Below, piece by piece: positions 45,947 to 56,029 of a DNA stretch of 64,000 nucleotides (the first letter of the stretch is position 1; every line of letters starts with the position of its first letter). The position numbers were made by a program, and so were the translations under genes. The DNA lies in IMG/VR virus record IMGVR_UViG_3300025141_013434, positions 64,001 to 128,000 of that record. One strand, given 5' to 3'. The notes beneath the pieces were generated by a model. It did not search any database, was not told the origin of the DNA, and saw only the letters and a program-made list of their open reading frames with translations. Source of the DNA: a virus.

Positions 45947-47739
45947 TACTTAATAGTACCTACAATGTCTAAGTTTGGATATTTAAGCTCAAATATATGG
46001 GTCTGAGGAGGGGTTATTACTCTTCCGTCTGCTGAAGTATTTTTAGCAATATCGAAAACTACTTGAGAATATGCTCCTGCAACCTTATTGATTATTCTAA
46101 CTTCCACGACATCTACCACTTCGCGGACATCTTTCAGGGCTTTGAATATGTCTGTTATTATTATTGGTTCTCCGATCTCTTTTGTCATTTTAAGTAAACT
46201 TCGTATGGCTAAGTTTGAGGCCCTAAGGGCGGCATGCCTATTTACGCCAGATTCAATAACAATGTCATATTCTATTCCAAAATTTATAATATGCGCATCA
46301 AGTATATCAACTGTATCGTTTATCATTCTATAATGATTTAGCCAAGTCTTTAAATTATTTTTAATTGTTATGTTTGTTCTAACAAGATGATTGTCTTGAT
46401 TTTCAGATATCACATACAAATTCAAATTCCTGTTAAAGGCATCATCGTCTCTTTTCACACAACATCTCTTAACTGCGCCAAACTGCGCAGGCATAGTATA
46501 TGTTGCGGCAACATAATCCTCTCTAGTAACTGCTCTATTTTGTGCTGCGAAGGCGTCTATTGCTCTTATTTTTAATTCTTCTACGGTTGGCAGACTTATA
46601 TCTCCCAATATTGGCTCGCCGTTTGTAACCTCTAATGAATTAGCTACAAAATCCCTTGTGGCCTCGGTTAAAGACGTAATATTATTAAATTCCACGTTTG
46701 CCTGAACAACACTATTTATAGAGTTTGCTGCTACATTTGTATTTTCTTCTGTATTTGTCCTATAAATTATTTTCAAAACAGTGTTTGACGGGCCGACTCC
46801 AAACTTATCAGTGGAAGTCAACTTTACAGGGTCGAAAGAAGTATCTGAAATGAAATCTCTGCCCAATCTTCTCAAAACCACATTAGATGGATCAGCTATC
46901 GATCCGCTCATTATTTCGTTTTCTGAGCCGTAGCCAAATTGTAAAATTGTTTCATCGTCCAGGTGCTCAACAGTATACCTTCTCGGTACCGCAAAGGGCT
47001 TCATTACGCTGGGTACTCCATCTTTTTCGGCCTTTCTGTTTACGACTGACTTAAAAATAATGTTTTGAGAAAGATGATCTACCTCGTAATACTCGTGCCC
47101 TTCTGCGTCGACAACAGATAAAATTTCCGAAATTGATTCTCCCGGTAAGGAGATCGATCTAAACTTTTTAAAATCTCCCACTGTGACTCTTTCGACTTCG
47201 TTTCTTCCTGAGACAACTCGGCCTTCTGCTTTTATTGCAAAATATGTTGGTGCACCTGTAGATTCATTAACTCTTGCTATTACAAGCTCATTTGTTGTGT
47301 CTGCAAAATTAACATTTTCTATTAGTGTAAATGGCGCATCGTTAATTGTTGAAAGTCGCGTGCCACTCCTCAGAACAGGGGCGTATCTCATGTCTGGTGC
47401 TCCTGTGTTTGAAACCGCGGGCACCAACATAAAAAATTGACACAACCCATGAGAAGAGGGGTTCTTATTAAACTTTAGGCCCTGGGCCCTTGAAAGTTTT
47501 AAAACATTTTTATACTCTGCAGCTGTTTCCAAGAATGACTCGTTTGCTTGATAATCCAGATAAAAAGATAAAACGTCGCCGACGTAGGCTACCGTATCTA
47601 TCATCAAGGATCCAAACGAAGCCTCATTAAAGTCTTTGTACGTATTTGGGTAGTATCTTTTCGCATGTCGTACCAGAGAGTCCCGGATTGACGAAAAGTC
47701 TCTATTGGTATATTTTATTGGGATTATCTTTTTAGCCAT
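45946..47739 (-). CDS. gp6: Baseplate wedge subunit (T4 gp6/BplJ-like)
   Basis: 'YTNRDFSSIRDSL', 'AYVGDVLSFYLDYQANESFL.TA', 'LQFGYG', 'QNRAVTREDY'; start MAKK at 47739. Confidence 0.9.
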   Translation of the reverse strand: MAKKIIPIKYTNRDFSSIRDSLVRHAKRYYPNTYKDFNEASFGSLMIDTVAYVGDVLSFYLDYQANESFLETAAEYKNVLKLSRAQGLKFNKNPSSHGLCQFFMLVPAVSNTGAPDMRYAPVLRSGTRLSTINDAPFTLIENVNFADTTNELVIARVNESTGAPTYFAIKAEGRVVSGRNEVERVTVGDFKKFRSISLPGESISEILSVVDAEGHEYYEVDHLSQNIIFKSVVNRKAEKDGVPSVMKPFAVPRRYTVEHLDDETILQFGYGSENEIMSGSIADPSNVVLRRLGRDFISDTSFDPVKLTSTDKFGVGPSNTVLKIIYRTNTEENTNVAANSINSVVQANVEFNNITSLTEATRDFVANSLEVTNGEPILGDISLPTVEELKIRAIDAFAAQNRAVTREDYVAATYTMPAQFGAVKRCCVKRDDDAFNRNLNLYVISENQDNHLVRTNITIKNNLKTWLNHYRMINDTVDILDAHIINFGIEYDIVIESGVNRHAALRASNLAIRSLLKMTKEIGEPIIITDIFKALKDVREVVDVVEVRIINKVAGAYSQVVFDIAKNTSADGRVITPPQTHIFELKYPNLDIVGTIK

Positions 47740-47768
47740 TTCAGAATTCCTTAACAACTATCTTATTA

Positions 47769-48167
47769 TTAATTAGTGCTTTGATCAGTACTTAATGTAA
47801 GAATATTTACATCATCCATGCTTTCTATGGAATAAACTATTTTTATAGATAAAAAATTTGATGTTGATTGGAATCTGTCATCGTCTGGGTCACTCATTAT
47901 AATCTCATGGATGTCCACAAAGGGAAGATATTTTGCAGTTTGCGAGCGTATTCTCATCCTTACAGAATCATAAGTCGGCGGAGTTGCATTTTGAAACAAA
48001 TACTTATATAGCCCCACTCCGAATTCTGGATCCATCATTCTTTCTCCGGGGACCGTCAAAATAAGATTCTTCAAGTTTTGCTGAACTGCTTCTGGTATGC
48101 TTTTTGTAGAACCATACCCGCCCTCTTCAGACATTGCCAGTGGCAATTTTGGTGATATTTTAGGCAT
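47769..48167 (-). CDS. gp25: Baseplate wedge/sheath initiator (gp25/GPW family)
   Basis: 'QNLKNLILTVPGERMMDPEFGVGLYKYLF'. Confidence 0.93.
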   Translation of the reverse strand: MPKISPKLPLAMSEEGGYGSTKSIPEAVQQNLKNLILTVPGERMMDPEFGVGLYKYLFQNATPPTYDSVRMRIRSQTAKYLPFVDIHEIIMSDPDDDRFQSTSNFLSIKIVYSIESMDDVNILTLSTDQSTN

Positions 48168-48170
48168 CTA

Positions 48171-51100
48171 TCATTCCTCCTCTTCAGTCACAATATCATC
48201 GACACAGAAAGGCGGTGGCTGCATTGGCCGGCCGGGTGTGTCGCACGAGATGCATTGAAACTCCTTTTGCTTCTTCCAATGTTCTTCCCCTGGAAGCTCT
48301 CTTATAGACAAGCCCCAAAGTCCTGGAAGAAAAAGGAGTTTTCCATATTTTCCTGTTTCTTCTCCGGCTCCAAGATTTTCTAAAAATTCAGTACCGAGAG
48401 CTGTATTAACTAGGTGCTGAACTGTTCCTTTTATCGGTTTTGCTGCACGCGACCACGAAGGCCCGAAAGGAAGAGCCGCCATAATAAGAGCCACCACAGA
48501 TTTGCCAATATCCCCGGCGACCCGGTTAACTGGAACATAAAGTGGCAGTGCACCGCCTGCGCCGCAACGGGTGAGGCCCTCTTTTGTCAATTTTCTGGGT
48601 CGCCCTGCATATGGGAAAGAGTTAACCACAACCCCTTTATTTGATAACGATCCCATGGTTAGGCCCCTTCTTAGCTTGCAGGGGTCTTTTTTATAGACCT
48701 TGTTCATTTCTTTGTAGGCCGGATCCAAATGATTTGCGGTATTTCTTATAGCAATTATCGGAGCCATCTTTATTGCTTTCTTTATCATGGGCCAGAAATC
48801 TTTTAGTTTCCTCTTGAGTTCTTCCATTGGGCCCTCAGAGCCTTGAGACGCCATGGCAGCACTAAACATATCACCATCGAGGGAAAGGTGACTGTCGTCG
48901 AGAGTCGGAGGGGTAATCATCGCCCTTAAGATCATGTTTGCTGCAGCTCGGGTACCATCAAACAATTCTGCTAAATCTTCATTTCTGTCTAGGATTGTTA
49001 TGTGATTTATTAAAAATAATGAAACATACCTATCTAGAGGAAAAACGAAGTCAAAAAGATACCTTATGTCTTCCGATGGCTCTGAAGTTAGCCTCCACCG
49101 TACCTCATTGATCGACTCATCGCGGATAAGGGACCGTGGGTCGGTGTCTTTTTCCATCCCAAAATGCTCCTTCAGGAGGGCTTCTTTATAATTCTGCATC
49201 AATCCTTGGATTTCACCTAAGAAAATCGTATTGAAGACGCGCGTCTCGACCTCACCTTCTGTATCGAACGCGTTCTTATAGTTGAGCAGGAACTTGCCCA
49301 AACAATCTATCGATTTCTCGAAGTTGTAAATAGGAGTCGGTGTCATGTCGCCGCGGCCTTCTGGCGGCCAAACGCCGGCTTGACTTATACCCCTTTTGTC
49401 TTCATGGGAGAATTGATCCATCTCTGGCTGCAGATTAATATGGACATTGGAAGGGATTGTACCCCCGTCTTTCACGCGCATAGGGAAAACAGTATAAGTT
49501 CCCCAAGGGTCTCCTCTGTGAGCGCTTGGATCTCCTTCTTGGCCCGCACCGCCCGCACCGCCAGCAGCTTCGGCACCACCGGCACCGGTACGTTGACCCA
49601 TGGTGGATGTGTCGATATCTTTAACGTGCATCGCCCCAAAAACGCCCGAAGACATGTCAACACCTTGAACGATGCTGCCTTCATCTGCCAGTCCGGACGG
49701 GGTACCAACACCCCTGCGTGGAAGTAGAGGAAATATATTTGGGTGGTTTGGCTCACGATTATAAAGATTTTCTTGCTTTTCAATGGGATATTCACCGCGA
49801 AGAAGTTCATTAAATCGGTCGAGCCTTTGCTGTGGTGTCATCTCTTCATGGATTATTCCCACCGCCTCAGGGTGAGTGCCGGCATGGATGATGGTATTCT
49901 CAACGTCGGCGGCGTGGCCATGTTCTTGCCAATGTTTTTCTTGTGCCGCAACCAGAGCTTCCATTTCCCCTTGACGCCTATAGAACCAGTTATGAGTTTC
50001 AAATCCAGCCGTTGGACTACCAAGAAAGGCGCGAGTAGTTGTGATAAACTCATTTGCACCCTTGTTCCATTGTTTATGCACCGTGAAGTCGCGACTTCGT
50101 TCATTCGAGGTATCGCCCTGGGTGAACATCTGGTGATTATTGCTTGCAAGCGAAGGTTGCGAAAACCGGATTTGGTTTTGTCGCCCCTGTTGGAGTCCCT
50201 GGTCTATTTTAAGGCCGTCGTCGTATTGTCCAACAATTTGGTTAAACGACATATCCCTTCCAATAAGAGCCCGAGGTTGGATCGGTCGAGAATCTGATTT
50301 CCATCCCGCGGGTCTGACTGCCTGTCGCGATTCGTCGTATTCGTCTTCGTTCTGGTACCAAACACGACGATTATGCCTAATTGAACGCCGAATCGATTCA
50401 TTTGCCGGCGGTATATACATTAATCTAACTCCGGCAGTCAGGGCCCCGGGCTCACTTATAAGATATTTTGCCAAAGTCTCGTATTCATCAGCCTTGGCTT
50501 CGGGGAAAATTTCCCCATCTAGTTCAGATCCTCCGACAAGAGTGGGGGAACCATGTTCCGCAAAATAATTTAACAAGCCATTTAATTCATGCTCATTGAA
50601 TGGTCCGAAATATGCATTCAGCGGTATCAGATTTCTTTCGCTCGCGCCTCGCCGATGTCGATGGTCACCCACGGGTACTTCTCGGCGACCATGGCCGCCT
50701 TCATGTACATCTTCATAGTTACGAAGCCAATCACTATCCGCCATCAAGCCTACCAAGAAAGTCTTACTGAATCTGAAATATTCCTCTAAATAGAAACAGC
50801 CATGAGTAAGTTTCATTTGACTTACCGAACCGGCCGTGATTTGCTGGTTGCCTGCAGCATCATATGAAAACTTATGATTATTGAAAAACTTTCTTCCTAT
50901 GTTTATATATCCTCGACGGATAGGGTTTTGTATTTGTTTGTAACCCTCTATTTTATCACTGCCAAGAGCTAGCTCTTCAAAGAACTTCTCTTTGTAAGAT
51001 TTATATTTGGGCATAAAAAGCTTGTTTGAAACGCTTGTAATTGTCTTCTTCGCATTTTTCATAACTCTCGCTATCAACTTATCCAAAGCAATATTGAAGT

Positions 51101-54100
51101 CATCCTCGTTTGTTATTTTTTTAATTCTATCTACGATCCTTTGGCTATCTTCTTGCTCTTCCTCTCCAAAGACCTCTTCTAATATTTTTGACTCTAGATA
51201 GTCTTTCATATAAGAAGATATTATTCTTGTTTGCATAATATCTTCTCCGTCAAATTCAGAAAAGAGGAATATCCCCTTCATTACAAATTCCAAGGCAAAA
51301 GACATTATATATATGAATATCATCTGATCTGCAATGGCGTTCTCAAGAGGGCCGGGTTCTCTGAAGTCTCTCGTTACAGGGTCATTTTCTGGTTCGCACA
51401 ATGATTCATTATAGGCCTTCATTATATCTTTCTTAAGTTGTTCGAAATCTAAAGCAATATCATTCTTTTTGATGCAGGGCTTTTCCGCTGTGGCTGGAAC
51501 GATTGCTGAGGGGCTCTGCTCTTCCTCTGGGACATCAGGATCCCCTTCATTTCCCATTGGGCCTTGGCATGGTTCCTCGTCACACTCAACAAAGGCTGCA
51601 ACCAGTTTTGTATTTAATGCCTCTAGTTGTGCCGGATCGAAAAACTTAGACTCGGATATACTCTCGCCGATGGCCTCAAGAAATGCCGTTGCTTGTGCTC
51701 GATAAAACCCTTGATAATTGTTATCTGGCCATCCGGCCAAGTTATTGAGGCTTTGGTGGGTATTCAGAAACTCAAGGCTCTGGTTTATCCACTTATCCTG
51801 AAGGTTTCTGGTCTCAGCGGTGCGCGGGTCGGTGATTTGTTCAACGTCTGAGTTAAAAAATGGAAAACGACTGTTAATCTGATGTCGCATAGGGTCATGA
51901 CCAAAAGCATACTCCGACGATGTAAAGGCTGCCTCTCGGGCAGCGCGAATGAAAGGTAAATTATCTCGGTGGGCTTCGAGTTCACGTATCCAAGCATTCA
52001 CAAACAAATCAGCAAACATTGGTGGACGAAGCGATCGTGGCGAGTCGGGGCCGGGGCTGCCCATGGCCTTCTCATTGGCCAAGTTAAGTCTTCTCGCCTT
52101 AAATTCTGGCGGAATTATAAAATTTGCTGTCCTTACCCTGTAAACCATTTGTTCCTCTCTATCTTCCGGTCTCAGGGTCCTGTCGATGGTGTGACTTATT
52201 ATATTAAAACAATCTTTAATATCGTGGTCGTGACCTCCAATCGGCAACTCTTGATAGGCTATATCATCATGTGTGATATCATTCAACTGTGCAATCGATG
52301 TATTTTTATTGGTACCAAGAACAACCAACTCATGGCTATCATCCATAAACCCTTCTCTTTTGGGTAAATTATTTATAAAATTTTCCATTTGCCCAGCAAC
52401 AGGCAATGGGTAGGTGCCGTTCCAGAGGCCAGGAACATTTTTATAAGAATATCCAAAAGCATAGTTGCTCTTCATCAAACTCTTCAATAGTGGTATAACT
52501 TTTGTTTTTCTGACCGCATTGGCAGGTAAAAATCTCGAAGCGAGGCGTTCTTGAAATAATTTTCCATCCTCTATTGTGGATCGATATGCTGTCACATGTT
52601 TTTTAATGTTGTCTATACTTTTCCATCGCTTTTTCTCGTCTGATGCTGTGCTCGGATGAAAAACCAAAATTGGATACCCCGCCCTTCTATGTTCTTCTGG
52701 GGTTGCAAGAATCTGTATTTTCTCATTTTCGTCTATCCAAAGATACGGTTTATAGATGTTCCCCTTCTCACCTTCGGATGCGATCCACTGGCTCTCTGTT
52801 GATGCTCGCCTTGGGTCTCTAAATGTAGGGTCTTCGCCCCTAGTCTGAAGATCTTGCATCTGTTTCATCAGATTCATATGAATGTGAAAATCTATCACAT
52901 CCATATCGTCCTCTCCCGGGAGATCCGCAGTCTGTTCGAAGAACGCTGGCACGTACGATGTCAAGTCCATCTTATAAGACATCTCCAGTGCGTTCAAGGC
53001 CCCCTTCACCGCTACGGTATTGGCCTTCTGTGAATGCTCGTTGTCATAAGGTCCCGGCAGACCGCCCTGGTCCGGACACCCGACAGGCGGGAGAGAATCT
53101 TGTAGCGGATCTTTTGCGAAGAGATCCTTAATTGCATCCCTCTTTTTTGCAGCATCAGCCATGGCTGCTTTAATCTCCTCTGGAGATGCTCCAAGATCCT
53201 TTAATCTTTGTCTTAGAGATGGAATTTCTTTTTCTGGACAGACCTCATCCGAAATTACAACGTTCGAAAGTCTGGCTATCTTTCCGCACACCGAGGGATC
53301 AATCAAGTCTCCCATACAAGAGAAAAACATTTCTATCTGACTTTCTGTTCCGATGTAATCCTTAAGCGTGGGCTTTGTTTTGTTAATTATCTCTTTAATA
53401 ATTCCGATAACTTCTGGAGGTGCGTTGCCACCTAATAGAGCACAAAGTTCCGCAGGTGTGAGAACCAGAGATACTTCATCAAACAAGTTTGCTAATTCCG
53501 AATAGTGCTCAACGGGGATACCCATCTTTTCCAAGCAATCAACCCCTTTGTCAATACACTCAGCTCTTGAGCTTGCTTCTGGCCCGAGGAGTTCACACAA
53601 CTCTTTATCACCAACATCCAAAAGATCTTTACAGCCAGGAAATCCCGGGATGGACAAAAGATCTTTTAGAAGATCTAGAATCGCCCTCGCAATACCGCAC
53701 AAAATGCCCAATATTATACTAATAATCATTAAAAGTAGCATTTCCAGTAGAAACCCCAAGGGATCCCATGATGGAAGTTTCGGCAACATAGGAAGTTGAA
53801 AATCGAAATCCCAATCAAACTCCAATGGCCACGGAATATCAGGAATACAGCCGGCGAAATTACAAAAAAGAGAAGTAAAATCAAAAATGTCCAAGAACTC
53901 TGCAAAAAGACCCTCTAAGGTGCATGCCGCTCCAGCTGGCAATTTATCCGTAATAGACGCAGGATTCATTGCTTGTTCTGCTGTTATTGATGCTTTCCAT
54001 GCCCCTCCTGAAGCAATAGCTAAATCTTCTTCTAGTTTTTTAGCAGCTGTTTTTAGTTCGTTAGAAAACGGAGGAAACGTACTCTTGAATTCATTCAACA

Positions 54101-56015
54101 AGAAAACAGTCTTAAGTGCCGGTATCCTGTGTGTGAATTTTTTAAAAAACTTCGTTCCTGGCATTGGCTTTGTTGTAGAACAAAGATTACTGTTTCTTGA
54201 TATCTTATACATTTCTTCAATATTATAAAGATATCCCATCGTCCGTGGATTGTTCCATGGCCTCTCATTAGTCATCAACCAATCAATTCCAGAGGTAAAT
54301 TCTATTTCTTCTTTGTTCTTCTTTACAATATGTACGGACAACACCTTAAGACCAGCCGTCACGAGCTGCATCGGAGGCTTCTGGGCCCAGGGCTGGAGAT
54401 TTGCTTTATGATCTCCTATTTCAAATTTTGTAGCCAAGCCCTTTATCGAGCCGAAAAGCGGCCTAACTCTTTCGAGCCTCTTTACTTCATCGAAACAGAA
54501 GCGAATCTTGTCGCCGGGCTGGGGAGTATAATCGTTTGTTCTTATCAGTTCCTTTGTGGCCTCTATGACTCTCTTTAATTCTCTCGACTCGCTAGGAACT
54601 CTCAGACCGGGCTGGAACCGGCCGCCGACCAGACGCCATGGTTGCATTTGGATTTCATAGTTGTTCATTCTTGTTACGACTGTCTGAATTAACCCTTCAC
54701 CGCGGAAGCTACCATGCTCATCTCTGATTTCGCCGGCCAGGAGCGCATCTATGTTATACTCTCGACACGCTGGAAAGCTTTCGTCTGAAACGTCTTTTGC
54801 GTGCTTTTCTGCTCTGGCTAATAATTCGTCTCTCAGGGCTGCTCGAATTCCATCTTTGTCTAAGCCATCAGATTCAGAATTTCTCGCCATTCGAGCTATA
54901 CATTTTTCAACTATTTCAGAAGTCGCCTTGTCTATCTCATCTCTTGAGCTTTCCAACCAATTTGACGCAGCATCTGCAGCCAGTTGCTGAACTTCGGCTT
55001 TAGCTTCCTGAAGAGCATCAAGATCCTCTGGACTAGGAAGTTCATGAAGCGTCCCTTTTGCTGGAATCGGATCAAACAAGTGTCTATTTATTGCAACTGA
55101 AAATTTAAAAGTAGAGCCGGGACGTTCCCCGGGGCTGTGTATTTTTTTGATGGCAGCGAAAATAGGCTTGGCCCTTTCTCTCAAATCCTGACCGTATAGT
55201 ATATCCACAGTAGGTGCGCTGCCAGCCAGAGCAGCGGTCGGAACAGGTGCAATAGTAAGCTGTAAATCTTCATTTCTTAAAGAAGTTGGAAAATTTTGAT
55301 AATCCATTATCTCGTTCCAGGTACCCTTGTTGGGATCTGGCTTCCACACTGGAGATTTGCCATAAAATTTAAAGGCTTTAACAACTGCTGATCTAAGAGC
55401 CAACTCACTTGTAGATTCTACAAAATTCCTATAACTGGGATCATCCCCTATGTCTGCTCGGGTTTTTCCAGAAAGCCACGTAACATATATAAATTTGCCG
55501 TCTCTGGTTGGCGGGCGATCAGTATCTTCCGGGACTCCAAACTCATTCCAATAATCTTTAGAATCCAAGTCTGAACCCTTTATAAGCTCAGATTTTGTAT
55601 CTAAATATTCCAGAACCCTTTGGGCGGATTCTTGTATTTTTTTGAGACCGGTGTTATCGAACGTTGCGCCGGGGACCTGCATCATTGACATAAAGGTTGC
55701 GGGACGAACTACACCAAATTCCGAGAACCAACCGCGGTCGGCGGAAGATGAGTTGTCTTCATCAATGATAAGGCCTGCGAATTCGCTTATTTCTGTTTTG
55801 TGCTCTAACTGCCATTTTCTAAGTGCGTCTTTGGTAGCATCATCAAAGACATCACTCTCAAACATGCCAACTCCCAGAAAATCACGTATTACTAGAACTT
55901 GAACTCCCTTGTCGCCCTTTTTCAGCGGGAGTTCAAAAGTTATAGCCCTTTCATCGGTCCCCGGCAGCCCGGTGACAACAAATTTAGATGCCTTTAAAAT
56001 TTCACTGTTACTCAT
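48171..56015 (-). CDS. Very large virion-associated protein (2614 aa) with an N-terminal peptidoglycan-binding domain and a hydrophobic helix
   Basis: 'LKKGDKGVQV..IRDFLG...FDDATKDALRKWQ' fits PG_binding_1; TM-like 'FLLEMLLLMIISIILGILCGIARAIL'. Confidence 0.7.
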   Translation of the reverse strand: MSNSEILKASKFVVTGLPGTDERAITFELPLKKGDKGVQVLVIRDFLGVGMFESDVFDDATKDALRKWQLEHKTEISEFAGLIIDEDNSSSADRGWFSEFGVVRPATFMSMMQVPGATFDNTGLKKIQESAQRVLEYLDTKSELIKGSDLDSKDYWNEFGVPEDTDRPPTRDGKFIYVTWLSGKTRADIGDDPSYRNFVESTSELALRSAVVKAFKFYGKSPVWKPDPNKGTWNEIMDYQNFPTSLRNEDLQLTIAPVPTAALAGSAPTVDILYGQDLRERAKPIFAAIKKIHSPGERPGSTFKFSVAINRHLFDPIPAKGTLHELPSPEDLDALQEAKAEVQQLAADAASNWLESSRDEIDKATSEIVEKCIARMARNSESDGLDKDGIRAALRDELLARAEKHAKDVSDESFPACREYNIDALLAGEIRDEHGSFRGEGLIQTVVTRMNNYEIQMQPWRLVGGRFQPGLRVPSESRELKRVIEATKELIRTNDYTPQPGDKIRFCFDEVKRLERVRPLFGSIKGLATKFEIGDHKANLQPWAQKPPMQLVTAGLKVLSVHIVKKNKEEIEFTSGIDWLMTNERPWNNPRTMGYLYNIEEMYKISRNSNLCSTTKPMPGTKFFKKFTHRIPALKTVFLLNEFKSTFPPFSNELKTAAKKLEEDLAIASGGAWKASITAEQAMNPASITDKLPAGAACTLEGLFAEFLDIFDFTSLFCNFAGCIPDIPWPLEFDWDFDFQLPMLPKLPSWDPLGFLLEMLLLMIISIILGILCGIARAILDLLKDLLSIPGFPGCKDLLDVGDKELCELLGPEASSRAECIDKGVDCLEKMGIPVEHYSELANLFDEVSLVLTPAELCALLGGNAPPEVIGIIKEIINKTKPTLKDYIGTESQIEMFFSCMGDLIDPSVCGKIARLSNVVISDEVCPEKEIPSLRQRLKDLGASPEEIKAAMADAAKKRDAIKDLFAKDPLQDSLPPVGCPDQGGLPGPYDNEHSQKANTVAVKGALNALEMSYKMDLTSYVPAFFEQTADLPGEDDMDVIDFHIHMNLMKQMQDLQTRGEDPTFRDPRRASTESQWIASEGEKGNIYKPYLWIDENEKIQILATPEEHRRAGYPILVFHPSTASDEKKRWKSIDNIKKHVTAYRSTIEDGKLFQERLASRFLPANAVRKTKVIPLLKSLMKSNYAFGYSYKNVPGLWNGTYPLPVAGQMENFINNLPKREGFMDDSHELVVLGTNKNTSIAQLNDITHDDIAYQELPIGGHDHDIKDCFNIISHTIDRTLRPEDREEQMVYRVRTANFIIPPEFKARRLNLANEKAMGSPGPDSPRSLRPPMFADLFVNAWIRELEAHRDNLPFIRAAREAAFTSSEYAFGHDPMRHQINSRFPFFNSDVEQITDPRTAETRNLQDKWINQSLEFLNTHQSLNNLAGWPDNNYQGFYRAQATAFLEAIGESISESKFFDPAQLEALNTKLVAAFVECDEEPCQGPMGNEGDPDVPEEEQSPSAIVPATAEKPCIKKNDIALDFEQLKKDIMKAYNESLCEPENDPVTRDFREPGPLENAIADQMIFIYIMSFALEFVMKGIFLFSEFDGEDIMQTRIISSYMKDYLESKILEEVFGEEEQEDSQRIVDRIKKITNEDDFNIALDKLIARVMKNAKKTITSVSNKLFMPKYKSYKEKFFEELALGSDKIEGYKQIQNPIRRGYINIGRKFFNNHKFSYDAAGNQQITAGSVSQMKLTHGCFYLEEYFRFSKTFLVGLMADSDWLRNYEDVHEGGHGRREVPVGDHRHRRGASERNLIPLNAYFGPFNEHELNGLLNYFAEHGSPTLVGGSELDGEIFPEAKADEYETLAKYLISEPGALTAGVRLMYIPPANESIRRSIRHNRRVWYQNEDEYDESRQAVRPAGWKSDSRPIQPRALIGRDMSFNQIVGQYDDGLKIDQGLQQGRQNQIRFSQPSLASNNHQMFTQGDTSNERSRDFTVHKQWNKGANEFITTTRAFLGSPTAGFETHNWFYRRQGEMEALVAAQEKHWQEHGHAADVENTIIHAGTHPEAVGIIHEEMTPQQRLDRFNELLRGEYPIEKQENLYNREPNHPNIFPLLPRRGVGTPSGLADEGSIVQGVDMSSGVFGAMHVKDIDTSTMGQRTGAGGAEAAGGAGGAGQEGDPSAHRGDPWGTYTVFPMRVKDGGTIPSNVHINLQPEMDQFSHEDKRGISQAGVWPPEGRGDMTPTPIYNFEKSIDCLGKFLLNYKNAFDTEGEVETRVFNTIFLGEIQGLMQNYKEALLKEHFGMEKDTDPRSLIRDESINEVRWRLTSEPSEDIRYLFDFVFPLDRYVSLFLINHITILDRNEDLAELFDGTRAAANMILRAMITPPTLDDSHLSLDGDMFSAAMASQGSEGPMEELKRKLKDFWPMIKKAIKMAPIIAIRNTANHLDPAYKEMNKVYKKDPCKLRRGLTMGSLSNKGVVVNSFPYAGRPRKLTKEGLTRCGAGGALPLYVPVNRVAGDIGKSVVALIMAALPFGPSWSRAAKPIKGTVQHLVNTALGTEFLENLGAGEETGKYGKLLFLPGLWGLSIRELPGEEHWKKQKEFQCISCDTPGRPMQPPPFCVDDIVTEEEE

Positions 56016-56029
56016 ATTTTGATTTTCCG

